Origin: Fimicolochytrium jonesii
Taxonomy: Eukaryota
Direction of reading: 5' to 3'
NCBI RefSeq assembly: GCF_025526975.1
Contig: NW_026515697.1
Span: forward strand, 1 to 64,000
Length of the DNA stretch: 64,000 nucleotides
Positions 49,155 through 62,055 of the stretch are shown piece by piece; position 1 is the stretch's first letter; every line of letters starts with the position of its first letter. The position numbers were made by a program, and so were the translations under genes. The notes under the pieces were generated by a model that was given only the letters and a program-made list of their open reading frames with translations, searched no databases and had not been told where the DNA came from.

Positions 49155-50474
49155 GTTGTGCCGATGGATGGTTGGGTGGATGGATGGATGGATGGAAGTT
49201 AACTCCGCCTCCATTGTGCATAGATACGGAGTACCCGTGCCAAGGTCTCGTATATCATACTCGCCCGCAGTCGCGCCGATGGCGCTCCGGCGGCACTCTC
49301 TGGAGTTGTTGACTTTTGGGTTCCACAAACACCCCAAGAAAATTGCGTTGGACTGTCGTTTGCGTTGGACTGTCCGGCACTCACTTGTGAGTGCCCGGCT
49401 TCACGCACCGCGGGAAGTACGGGGTCGAGTATGATACGAGTCCCTGCATTAGTCCCTTTCTATTGTCCCTGCATTTCTATCATCTTGGCCCACTACCATC
49501 TTTCTCAAGATGCACCGATGCTGCAAATTCTGCACCGCTCAAGGCAAGTTAGCGATCGATATGCACCTTCGGGTTCTGGGGCACCTCGGAACCATCCACA
49601 ACCACAACTTAGAGTGTGCAGGGGAGGCGCAGTGATCCAGTTTCCAGCCCTAAGCGCTGTCATACAATAAAGCAAAGCTCCAGGCATCAGTTCAAGTCTC
49701 CAGGACCTGAAACTTTCACAACGGACCAAGCATATGTACTAGAGTGAGCCACAGCGGATAGACCTTCCAGAACGCGGATGGGAAAAACTTCTAAAAGTCA
49801 ACACTTTACTGATTATCAAGTCGAATAAAGTAGCTCAAGCGATTCCCCATACCCTGTTTAGTGATGTCCAGTATTCTCAGGATTGCGGGTTGGGGTTGGT
49901 TGTTTTGATGGGAGTGAACGGGCAAGAAAAAGGAGCTGTGGAAAAAGCGCCGGCGGAAAAATGAAGAATGTCCGGCGGCCGCCCGGACACCTTCGCAACC
50001 GAGTCGGGGAATCAAACTGCGGCATTCCATTACAAGAGGACTCCGGAGCAACCAGGCAGCATGATTCAGACAAGCCCTGTCTTACCAAATGGGACGAGGA
50101 AGCAAAGGATTGTGGCCCCATAGGCGCTTCACCCGAAGCGGAAGCCGCGGATTTCGGGTGCTCGGTTGTTTCAATGGAAAATGTACTTTCATTTGTTATT
50201 ATCAAAACATAGCAAAAACACACGACATCATGGATAAAGCAGAATCGCACAAGGACGAAAGAGGAGATAGCCAAGACGCTGAGTCCATGTTCCCACAGCT
50301 TCCTGCCGGTATGGCTTATATAAGGGGGTTGGTTTGGTATGGCCGCATCTGAAGTGCAGGTACGCATGCTTCAAATTGTTTCGGCGGGGGAGATTACGGA
50401 CGTGATCTGCAAAGCAAGGGCGTGAGAATGTACTGCCAACAAGTTTTGCGGACAATGAAAGAGATAACGCGCAC

Positions 50475-52993
50475 TCACCAAGCAGTAGCCGCAGCCCTTT
50501 GAGCGTAATACCTCACATCGACATCCGAGTCCTCCGACAGCCTCGCCAGCGCCGGCTTGATTTGGTCAGTGACGGTCGAGGCGAGGTTGGCCTTCCTGGC
50601 GAGGGGGATGATCTGCTCGAACGATTTGGCCACGTTGAAGCGGATGTTGGGAATCGGATCGGAGGAGAGGGTAATCACGGTGGGGAGGATGAACTCGCGC
50701 AGGGCGTCGCCGTTGACTGCTGAGGCAATGGTCTACAAAAGGTGAACGACAAACTGAGTTGGTTGCGCGCGATCGTGGTTTCAGAGGTTGCAGAACATAC
50801 CGTCAGCGCAAAGACAGTAGTCATGCGGTACAAGTAGTTCTCGTGTTTCGACATCTCCAAGATCTTGGGGATGATGGCGTGCTTGGCCCAGTCCACTCCG
50901 AACACCTCGGTCAGCTTGCGGAGGTTGATGGTGGCCGCCTCACGGATGGAGAAAACGCTGTCTCCCAGCCAGTTCATGCAGAGGTCCGCTAGTTTCTCGT
51001 CGAAGAATGCAACTCCCTACACAAGGACATCGGATTACTTTGACGCCGGACTCGTTTATGGTCTTCGTCTGATAAATTCCGCCAGCTTACCAATTGACTG
51101 GCAAGTAGAGGAATGTTCTCAATGATGGCCAATCGCACGCGCCATTGCTTGTCTTCTTGGAGCTCGATGATAGCCGGTAAGAGGGATTGGGAAAGAAGGT
51201 CGATCCCGATGACTACGGGAATGGAAGGCGGTATGAGGACAAGGCTCATCCATGAAGGTCCATCCAAATACTCCTCACCCTCGTTGACACGGTCCAATTT
51301 GGAAATGATGTTGAGTCGGACCTCTGGCGCCTCATCCTTGAGGAGCTGCAGGAAGAGAGGCAAAAGGTGCTCGATGGTGCTGCGATCGAAACAACTGATA
51401 AGCCGACATGGTTCAAACATATTCCATCCACGCAATGCCCACTGACTTGTCCTTTCCAAGGAATGGGGCCAAGCCGCTGATTTGGGTCGCCAAAGCGGCG
51501 CGCACGTGTTGAGAAGTGTCCGTGACAAGATCCTTGACGCACGGGAGGATTTCACGGAGGACGGCGTCCTGTTCAATGAGAACGCTGAAACCTAAGGCGC
51601 AATCTGAATCAGCCGCGTCCCGAGAACCTGAAAGCCCTCCCAATCTCGGTGTGTCACCTGGCACTTGTCCAGCAGCGGCTGTCCGTACTTCAGCCTCATT
51701 ATCCTTCAGTAATGTCACGAATGCGGAGATCAAATCCTCTCGGATAATTGTCGGCCCAACAGCTTTCGCAAGCTGAATCAATCATCACTTTTAGCAGCCG
51801 GTAAATTCTGAGCACGGAATGCGAGAATGTCGTACCTGCACAAACTTGTCGGCAATCATATACCGAACCCTCCATGATTTATCTGTGCACATCGTGCGAA
51901 GCAACTCCAGAAGCTGGGTTTTGGTCTCCTCGGGGCTCAGCTGCTCCGCAATAGCAACCAGGCTTTCCACTGTCAACAACCGAACTGAGTCCTGCTCATC
52001 CACGGCAAGGTGGCGGAAGAGAGGAATCACTTCGGAAAGTACGTGCTCTTTCGAGACTTTCTTTGTGAGTTTCTACAGAGGATGCGGGGTCAGGAATGGT
52101 TCCATCAACGGTTTTGCCTTTGGTTTTGCATTTTGCGTGAGCCTCACCGCCAAGTGCGTTCCAGCGGCACGGCGAACCATAGGTGTGTCATCCTGGCACA
52201 ATTGAGTGTACAGTCTAGCGAAATAAAATCCGGTCAGATTCCAGATCTAACACCATCTTCCGTCGTGTTCAAATGAACATACTTTCGCAGCTCCTCCTGC
52301 AAAGCTGGCGTGCACAAAGTATAGGCCGGTGCGTAGAGCCCGCATGCGCTCGTTCGGCTCGTGAACCAGTCGCCCGTCGAAAGGCGCCTAATCATCGGCA
52401 GGTAGTGCTCTTCTATTTGTGCCTGGGAAAGCCCCGCTCCAATTTTGGCAATCGAATCGACGGCCTGTCGAAAGAACGCTTAGCAAATACGCTTAGAGAA
52501 TCCAAAGCTGCTAAAGAATGCATACTTTGTCTCTCACAACCGTCTCTTCAACGGCAGCCAGTGTCTCCAAGGTAGGCAGAAGAAGGTGGCTGTAAGACGC
52601 TCCACCGACGTAATCTACAAAGCCCGCGAGCTCCTCGGCAAGCACCGTCAGGACCTCATCCTCATCGTCGATCGACTCTGGTTGTATGGCAAGATTAAAT
52701 GTTTTGAGTCAGCATGCTAAATCGTATAGCCCTGAATACGCCGGCAATCTCGAACGCTGCTTTCCCACGCGCTCCCCTAACCGAAGGTTTCCTCGCGAAC
52801 ACAAACGGAGAATCTGACAAGCACCTTCAAGGAAAGGGATGAGCTCCTCACGGGTCCGCTCTGGCCCAAGGGCAAGCGCAATCGTGGAAAGGCGCTTTAC
52901 TGCGTTGACGCGCAGGCTGACGTCTTCGTGCTTGAGCTCGTCAATCAAGACGGCGATGGGGTAGAGGGTGTCGTCTGCCTCGTCGGTGTTCAT
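50475..52993 (-). CDS. TPD3: Protein phosphatase 2A scaffold (A) subunit
   Basis: [16 protein letters not shown]...[62 protein letters not shown] (HEAT repeats). Confidence 0.98.
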
Positions 52994-53314
52994 GGTGTCT
53001 GTTGGCGCTTTGCGTTTGAGTTGGGTGCTGTGGGAGCCGTATGGGGTTTAGCGGAAGTAGTACAGTATGTAGCGTCCGCAGCTGCGTAGGAAAAAGCCGG
53101 CGTTGCAGGTTGCGAGAAGGAAGTCTCTGAGCCGTTTGGAGGTCGCAAAAGGGCGCCGTCTCGCTAAACACGCGGCGAGGCAAAAAGGACCGAGAACTCA
53201 CGCGTCCAGACAGGCTCGGCCATTGGGGAGGAGCAGACCGAACTGGAGAGCACGGAGCTCCCGCTAGCAATTGGATCATAGCGGTGTATAACACCGGAGA
53301 GGCCCCGCTCAAGG

Positions 53315-55547
53315 ATGGGGAAAATGAAGAAACCCCCCTGCCCCGTCTGCAACACAAGGAGCTATCGCAAAGATGACTCCGGCTTCTACGTCTGCAAGTT
53401 CGGGCATCAGCTCACGGTAGGGTAGAGCGAGTTCCTCGTCGAGAAAGGCTACCTGAGGGGGACGGACCTTAACGAGAGGGCATAGAAACTTCATTTTCTG
53501 ACTTTCTGTCAACTTGTTCCAGGGATATGTGGAGGAACGAGGCGACGAGGAGGCCCTCATGGGCTCGAATGCGCGTCGGCAGAGATCACGGTCTCGGAAA
53601 AGGATTTCCCGCGGGCGGAGCAGGAAATACGGTAAGGGACCTCAACCTCCTGGTCTCTGCCGCCGGTAGATCTGCTCTGGTCTGACCCGGAAATTTGCGC
53701 GGAATAGACTATGATGCCGCGCCCTTCAGTGTGATTTGCGAGGTCTTTCAATCTTCCTTGAGACTGCAGACTCAGAGCTTGATCAAGAGCCGAGGTCTTC
53801 CACAGGAGCTAGAGGTTAGGACCGCTAGCGTTAGAGTCTGTACACGTAGGATGAGGATGATTGACGTAGTTCCGCCCAGCTAGCAGTCCTCGATCTCTGG
53901 TCCTGCTACCTAACCGCCCTCGAAGTCGATTTAGACGACCGCCAACGCCGCGAAAGCAACTGGAGCCTGTCATCCCAGCAAGGTTCCGCTGGCCCGTCCT
54001 CAGGGGAAGAAAGCGCTACGGACTGGTCCGACACCGACCCGGAAGACATTGCTGTGCGCCGTCGTAAACGGCGACGAAGCCGGAGCAGGACGCCTGGGCT
54101 GTACCCCGATCCCGATCCTGAAAATCCGACAGCTACGCGAGATAGCAAGCGAGGGAGGACGAAGGAGCCTGGCGGGCGGTTCTTGTCCGTCATGGTGAAT
54201 ATCCACCCGTATTATTCTCTGGTGCTGTTGCATCTGGGATGTGTGCTGTTAAGGCTTCCGATTTGGTTGAGGGATGTGCATCGGTGGGCTGGGTCGGGTG
54301 AGATACCCTACTATACGGCGGCGGATCAGTTGCCCTTGGAGCTTACCTCCAAGTTCAGCTTGTTTGCTTCAGGGCTGGAACGGAAGGTACGCCGAGATAT
54401 CAGTCACCTTGACAACCGACTGAAAGATAGCTCACCGCCCATCCCTCCCTCCGCAGACACCCCCCCAAATGTCCAAACTCCACATAGTCTCCACAACCTT
54501 CCGCACCCTCTTCACCAACCGCTTCTCCATCAGCTTCCCGCCCCCAAACCTCCCCCTCCTCTGGATCCGCACCCTCACCGACCTTTCTCTCCCTCCCACA
54601 TTCTACGCCGACATGTCCACTATCCACTCCCTGGTGTTTCCCGGCGCCAACGATTGGGGCAGGGGCGGCGAGCGCTCGGGTGGGGGTGGGGGGAAGGCGA
54701 AATCACAGGTCGCGCTGGCGCTTGTGGTGTTCAAGTTGCGGTGTGGAGCAGAGAATGAGAGGAGCGAGATGAGGGGGTGGGTGGAAGGGCTGGTGAGGGG
54801 GAGGGAGGGGGTGCAGGAGTATGCGGCGTGGACTTCGAGGTATGCTGCACTATCGCCCTCATGCCTTTTCCAAGATCGAATGTGACCCTTACGCGCCCCC
54901 GCTTTTTTTTGGTTGAAAGTGACGTCCGAGAAAAAACCACCGAGGAACTAATAACATACGTCGACCGCTTCGCCAACCGTCTGGGCACCCATCAGGACAC
55001 GAGACCGAAGGGTATGTCCCCCCCCTCTCTCCTCTCCTCTCCCCTCACCCCCGGCCTTCATGCGCATCCCGCTCACCACCCCTCCCCCCTCACATGCCCA
55101 GGCTACGAAACCTTCGAAACCGCCCTCAACGCCCTCCTCGCCTCCCTCCCCTCGCCTCCTCCTTCCCACCCCCCCACCACACCCACCCCCGCGCCCACAC
55201 CAAATCATATACCCTACCCACCCATCCCCACGCAACCCCCGCGCTACATCATGTATAACGCGTCGGACACATCCGGCCCCTTCCACCACCCCTACGACAC
55301 CGTGGTCCGCGCAGCGGCGGATCTGGTCGGGGTCGGCGTGCGCGAGCTGGAGAGGGAGGTCAATCGGTTGGAGAGGCGGTTGGGCGTCGAGATGGGGTGG
55401 GTTGCCGGGTGGGTTGAGACGGCGCAAGGGGGTGCGACACACGGGACGCCGGGTGCGGGGGTTGCCATGGCTGTAAACGAAGATAGGGGCCGCGGTGGGA
55501 AGCTGGATGGAAGCGAGGACGAGGACGACCGGGAGGATTACATGTAG
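53315..55547 (+). CDS. RRN7: Rrn7/TAF1B-like RNA polymerase I initiation factor
   Basis: N-terminal zinc ribbon CPVC...SGFYVCKFGHQ; LVLLHLGCVLLRLPIWLRDVHRWAGSGEIPY cyclin-fold segment. Confidence 0.8.
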
Positions 55548-55927
55548 ATAGTAGGCACGTGCCCAACCAAGTTCGATGTGATTTGTAGGAATGCCGGGGC
55601 CTGAAACAAAAGGGCGGGGACTCGAGGCACGCCCTTCTCCTGTACGCCTCGATGAAAATGGGCACCCCTTCTCATAAATCTGCTCGTTTCCGAATCTCAA
55701 AGGATACACCAATGCTTCAAAAAATAATGACCATGAATTTTTCCTTAGAGGGTGCCTTCGGTGGTCGGTGGGGTAGTGATATGCGGGGGGGATGCTAACC
55801 AAGCTAAAATTATATATATCTACACGACGAAAAGACCGGCGGGGGTTTGTTTTTGACTCGATCGACGGGGTGGGGGAGGGGTATATAGTCTTTTCCGATT
55901 TTTTTTTTGTTTTTTGGGGGGGTTTCG

Positions 55928-58449
55928 TCATGAGGTATCCGCCCTCGCGGCAGCGAGTTCCGCGCGCAGGTCCGCGATCAGCTTATCCGATTCCTGTGCG
56001 GCTTTCTGCATTTCGATGATATAATCGCAGGCTGGAACAAACATCCCAGAACGAGGTATCATCAGCATACACCCTTCAAAACCCGCCGACTGTACATCCC
56101 CAACCCCGCCACCTTACATTTCTTCAATACAACAACTTTACTGGGATGCTTCTCCTCAATGGGCGGTAACAGCTTCTTCAGCTCCTCAAACCCATGTTTG
56201 AGCACATCTCTCCGGCGTTGCTCGGCTTGTTTGTGCCCGTCGCGTTTCGCTTCGACTGTTGCTGTTAGGTCTGTGTCGTAGGTGAGCCCGATTGTACTGC
56301 GGGTGGGGGGAGAGGTTAGATGGTGGGGTGGGGTGGAGGGGGGAAAGGGCAGGGGACGCTTACTCGGCGTTGCCTTCGCGGATGTTCTGGTAATTGGATT
56401 TGGAGGCGAGGCGTTGGACGGCTTCTGTTGTTGTTGTGTTGCCTGTTTTGCGAGGAAAAATCATTTAGCTCGACCCTCAAAAAGAAGAATCCCCGGTTCC
56501 ATCATCGCGCATACCATTAGGAAGCAACGGCTTCAACCCCACCCCTACCGGCGCAGGCACCTTATCCACCTTATGCGCCCCCGACACCGGCATCTTATTA
56601 TTCCCCCCTTCATCCACCGGATCCGCCGTCATCCTCATCAACTGGGCCGGCGTAATCGGCGCCAGACTCCTTTGCTGCTGCTGCTCATTAATCCGCGTCT
56701 CAAACTGCACATGGGTGGTAGACACGCCTGCGAAATCGGGGGTCATCGATTCGTCTGCGGAGGGGACGAGTTGTGGTGTGAGGGCGGGGGAGGCGAGGGT
56801 TGCTGCTGCGGCTTCGTTGTGTTGGGAGGTGCGGCGGGGTGGGATGGGGTAGGGTTCTTTGAACACCGGTGCGTGCGTTGTTTGCTGATGTGACGGTGCG
56901 CCGGTGGGAGGTGCGAGCTGCAATGCGTTGGGGGACAGTCGGTTAGTTGGAGAAGAGGATGAGCGGAGCGTGGCCGGAGACGACCGCGTTGTGGCGGCGG
57001 TGACTAGTAAATCGGGTGATTTGCTGCTTCGGATGCGTTGCAGTTGGGATGGTTTGAGGGCGGGGGAGATCAATTTCCCGGAGTTTCGTCGTGGGACTAT
57101 GTATGGTGCCGAGAGGGCCTGTTTCTTCAACGCTGTCTTATCCCGCATTGATGGGACTGTAGGCGCGTTGCTGAATGTGTTGGGATCGTTCGATGGCTGC
57201 ATCAAGGGTGTTCTTAAACCGCTACCCCCTGTTGCTTGCGGCTGTTCAGCCCATACATCCGAAGGCGCTAGAGCTGGAGAGACGCCAAGCATAGCGGTAT
57301 GTGGCGGCGCCGATGGGACCAGAGCGGGGGAATTGAGGAAGGGTTGGGGGACCTGCTGGTAGTAGTCGGGTATGTGGGTTGTGTTTGGTGTGTTTGGCGG
57401 GATTGAAGCGGGGTGAATGTTCTGCTGTAAGTGATATTGGTTGTGCTGGGCGAGATTGTGCATCGACGGTTCAAGCGCTGGTGAGAAAGCACTCGCTGAG
57501 GCGTACTCAGACAGCATCTGGGGCTGAATGACAGGGGACGTCAGAGGACTGAATATGTCGTTACTGTGTTGATTTAGGTTCATCCGCTGGAAGTCTGCAC
57601 TCGGCGTCATGGCTGGTGATACTAGCGGCGTCAGAAGAAGCTAGGCGAGGAGAGAAGAGGGGTTAGGTTTTCAATCCGCATCCTCACTCCGCCACAAGCC
57701 CGCTGTTATGGAGCCTGCAGAAGAGAATCCAGGCATACCTCCAACTCATCCATCGGCTGCAACCCCAACCCCGTAGCAGGAGTCTGCTCAATGCTTCCCA
57801 TATCCAACGCCGTGAAGAACGGCGAATTCCATGTATCGTATTGTTGCTGATAATGCCCATTTTGACTTTGATGCCTGCTCTTCTGCAGATCCTGCTCGTT
57901 CCCTGTCAGCATAGCATTCACTTCCGCATCATATGAGTTCGTTCCGCCACCTGCGGCAGCATGATTTGCATATACGTTTGCTGGCGAGTTCGAATTCGTT
58001 CCTGCATATTGGGTTTGCTGTAGCTGTGGGCTGTATAGGGATTGTAGGTCGAGGTCATTCGCAGACATTGAGGGAGTGTAATGCTGCTGCTGGTGTTGTT
58101 GTGCGTGGTGCTGTCCCTGTTGCTGGTGTTGTTGTGATGGTTGTTGTTGGTGGTGCTGCTGTTGCTGTTGAACTTCCATTTCCGGCTGCCAGCCCTGCCA
58201 TAGGTCTTGAGACATTGCGACGTCACTGAAGACCTCCGAGCCCATATTAACACTGGCGGCACCCTGAGCACCCTCCTGCCCCGTTATCGAGTTGCCGAGA
58301 AAGGCAGCCGGGCTGCCATTGAGAGACTCTGTCGATACAGCACCGTTCGTTTGACCCAGACTTGCACCGAGCTGGGACGTGTAAGACATGTCCACAAACT
58401 GGTCAAAGGCGAAGTGCAACGGCGAAGGGGCGGCGGAGGCTGCGGACAT
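55928..58449 (-). CDS. bHLH(-ZIP) transcription factor with Gln-rich N-terminus
   Basis: KRDGHKQAEQRRRDVLKHGFEELKKLLP...SKVVVLKKSCDYIIEM; polyQ and SP-rich exons. Confidence 0.9.
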
Positions 58450-58878
58450 TCCTTCGGACGGACGGACGGACGGACGGGGAGCGGGTGCTGACTGGTTGAC
58501 AGGAAAGGCGTTGGTTGTTGGCGAGAGTGACGAGGAAGGGTCGGGGGTCTGTCTGGGCGCACGTGTTGAGGTTATGGAGGGAAAGCCTGGCTGGGAAAGG
58601 ACAGCCGTTCGTGTTCTCTGAGGATCCGGAAAGCCGCACACGCACGGGCGAGAGACGGAGACGGCGCTGGGCGACCACACAAGATGGAACGTGCAGACAC
58701 GGAGCTCCGTGGAACCTCCTACATACAGTATATGTACAGCTACTGTACTGTACGGTACACCGAATCGATATTGGGAAAAAACTCAGAACATAGCAATAGT
58801 AAGTAGGTACAACTGTACAATAGGGATCGATGTCGCGCGCCTGCATGCGCTGTGAAGAGATCAAATCTCTCAACTACT

Positions 58879-58956
58879 TACATCCTGTAACAAGTACTAA
58901 CTGTAACAAATACATACAGTACATCCTGTTACAAGTATGGTAACTGTAACAAATAC
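58879..58956. repeat. Two-copy ~41-bp AT-rich tandem repeat upstream of the bHLH gene
   Basis: TACATCCTGT(A/T)ACAAGTA..TAACTGTAACAAATAC occurs twice. Confidence 0.8.
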
Positions 58957-59624
58957 CCATATCGATAGCAACCTCCGACAACCAGGCAGCCCGTCTGGAC
59001 TCTGCAGGAGGGGCGCTCGAGCTTATCGCGGTAATAAGCGCGTTCGCTTATCAGAACCCCTCTTGAACGTCGGAAAGGAAGCGACTTCTTCAAGCCGGTG
59101 GGCTCGTGCAAGCGCTCGCTGGCGTACAGTCCCTTCCTCAACCCGTGAGACATGAACGCTGTCGTATCTTATGGCATGTGATCTTCGGGGAGTTTGTACC
59201 TTCTTTCGTGAAGACGAGGAAGGGAGCTTACCCGGGGGAGCATACCAGATGCAGGGCGTCTTCTCCGGCAAATATTCTTTTCTACTTGCTTTCTGAATCC
59301 TTCCTTTCGAATCCAACGAGGCCCTGGTCGCTTTTCCGGAACGCCCCCATCGTAACCCCATTTGCCCAAAAGGAAGAAATGCCATCCAACCGTGACCCGA
59401 GCTTCCACCAGGCTTCCACACACCCCGAATCCTTCGGAATGCGGGCAATAACCTAAAAACGATATATCATCACGACACATGAAAGTTGCGCAGCTCGCGG
59501 ACATGCAGGCGCTTCGAATCTCAAGTCACACCGTCATCAACCTTTTCGGGACATTTCAATATGCGGAAAATATACTTTCCCATGTGCAATGTGTGCATTG
59601 GCGAGCCCACTGCTCTCACTGCTC

Positions 59625-60589
59625 TCACTGCTCTTTGCCAAAATACATTTCAATGAACTGCGTGTAGTCGAACGTGCCCGTTTGCGCTTGGGGTGCGACC
59701 TTGCCAACGCAAAGTGGCCTCCATCAGAATTCCAACTCTCCGGCATTGTGCTAGAAGGACAGCAAACTCCTGGGGCTGAAGTACCTGCGAGACCAAATCC
59801 TCAGCCTCCTCTTTTGACATGCGTTTATCTACACTTCCATAGTCTGCCAGCAGCTTCACAAGGCTGTCCATCGTGATGGCTCCCGTGGTGCTCTTATCAA
59901 ACCTTCATTTTTGGAGAAACGTCAACGTCAGATCTTGTTCCAAATGTGAGAAGTCACTCTTACAGTCGGAAGGCCCGCCGGATCTCTTCTCCCGTCATCG
60001 TTGTCTGAACCTTGCGTGACATTGCCATTACAAATGCTAGTTTCACAGGGATGGAGGAAAGCATGCAATCAGCGTCGAGCCATCCTCAGCTTTTCTGGAG
60101 CGTCCCAATCTAAGTTGCAGCATCAGAAGTTGCTTACACTCAAAGTCGATCTCTCCTGTTCCAGCCACATCGATCTCGTTCACCATGGTGTCCAGCTCCA
60201 CCTGAGACACCCGCAAACCAAGTGTTTTCATCAGAGTCGCAAGCTCGTCTTTCGAGATGGTGCCGCCATGATCCACATCGACAAGACTAAAGATCTCGAC
60301 CAGCTCGCGGAGCTCGGATTCAGGGATCCCACTCCGTAGGATGAGGTTGGGATCTACCTGTTGGTTTTGAGATGTTCAGTGGATGTCGCAGACATAGGCA
60401 CGCCACCATCGGATGTAAGCCGCATACCTGGATGTAGTCCGAAGTGGCCTGCTCCTCCACGATCCCTCTTCTAGAGGAGGATGAGGCGGCGGACTTTCGC
60501 GCTGCGGGGGTCCTGGATTCAGCGGGCGTGCTTTCAGAGGCGGAAATGGGCGGGTCGCGGTCGACGGAGTTGCGCTTCTTAGGAGGCAT
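59625..60589 (-). CDS. Calmodulin-like EF-hand protein with N-terminal extension
   Basis: EIFSLVDVDHGGTISKDELATLMKTLG...MVNEIDVAGTGEIDFE; last exon TGTFDYTQFIEMY. Confidence 0.88.
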
Positions 60590-62055
60590 TCTGACGCGAT
60601 AGGTCGATGTGGAATGCGTGGCAGCGCACGAAGGCCGCCGCACACGCAGGGCGAGAGGAAGAGGGCGAGAAGTGTTGGCGGGCCACCCAAGACGGAACGT
60701 GCAGAGACGGAACCCCGGTATGCGTCCGTATCGATATCCGCAAGGACAATAATAGGGACGACGTCGGCAGGCGACGAAAAAGCGCTTTCGTTGGGTGTGT
60801 TCGGAGGAGTTGCTGGAACATTTGTGGGCGAGTGTTACCAGAGTGGCAGCCACGAACGGTTAAGTAGATTACACCACATTTCATACCTACCGTCTTTTCC
60901 TTTCCATTCGAGTGCGACAGACTGGCAAACCGCTGCTGAGAGTTCAAGCAACACAGGCTCGGCAGGGTGTGCCCTCGGCCTTTCTCACTGCTTCCTCAAG
61001 GCGGCCGCCGGCAGCAAGGCGAGGGAACGCGTTAGTCAATCGCGCGAGGGTAAACCCACGACCGAACGCGTTTCGCCGTTTCACACCTTTTCGGCAATCC
61101 GGCAATCTTGCGCACGAAACCCCAGCGAATAGTCAACGCTTCTCAGAATCTCCTGAACGAGTGTGAGTCCACCAACAACATCTGAAAGGAGGCGACGCTG
61201 ACAACCCCAGCAAGTTCTTTAGGCCCGTAGACAAGATGTGAGGACACGCTCGAGGCATCGCAACAAAAAGACCCACACAAAGCCAACACGATGACCTTAC
61301 CTTCGCTTGTGGCCCGCCGAAACGATGTTTGAACAGGAAGGCAGCGGTACAGCGGGGAGGTTATGTTTCGGGACGGTATCGAGTTTCAACGAGCTCTCAG
61401 CGTGGATTATAGTCATACCTTTGTTGGCCGCAGCGATGGCGGTCCGCATGGTGCACACTGAAAGATGCCCCCCGCATACCTTCTTCGCTTCCCCGCTGGC
61501 ACTGGGCTCTGCTGCCCCATCTGCGATGCACCCGCAAATGCATTTTAGCTGGGACCGCTGCTACCGCGATGGATGAATGTTAGCTACCGCGATTGATGGA
61601 TTTTCAGTGGGTATAATCAGGAGAACGAGAGCATGGCTGTTTTATGGCGCGGAGACTGCGATTTGTCACATCAATGGCGTGCGACGATCAGCTTTGACAG
61701 GCAAAACTTGGCCAGGAACCGTTGCCATGACGGAGGAAGGCAGCGGAGGCGAGAAGCGTCGCGGAAAAGGTTGCGCGACCACCGGCCTGCACCCGCGTAC
61801 TGTACACCAAGCAGCAAGCTGCGACAAATATATGAGCCATCTCAAGTAAACGATCGACGACTCGGAGGCTTTGGGTGATCCCGTTCCTTCGTGATGTTCG
61901 CTCCGGGTTTGTCCTTTCAATCGGATGCAGATTGTTGTAGAAGTAGCTTGTATATTGTTCTCTATTCCTGTGTTCTGGACCTATGTAACTAGTCCGACTA
62001 ACGCATACGCCTGGCATGCACGCCCACCCACTCCTCACTCCTTACTCCTAGAAAC

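Noticed and set aside
49160..49197. (GGAT)n microsatellite, plus CAG/CAA and GGY codon runs elsewhere
   Set aside because: Ordinary simple repeats.
55950..55972. GCGAGTTCC motif similar to the intron family
   Set aside because: It lies in the last coding exon of the bHLH gene (LRAELAA) on the opposite strand.
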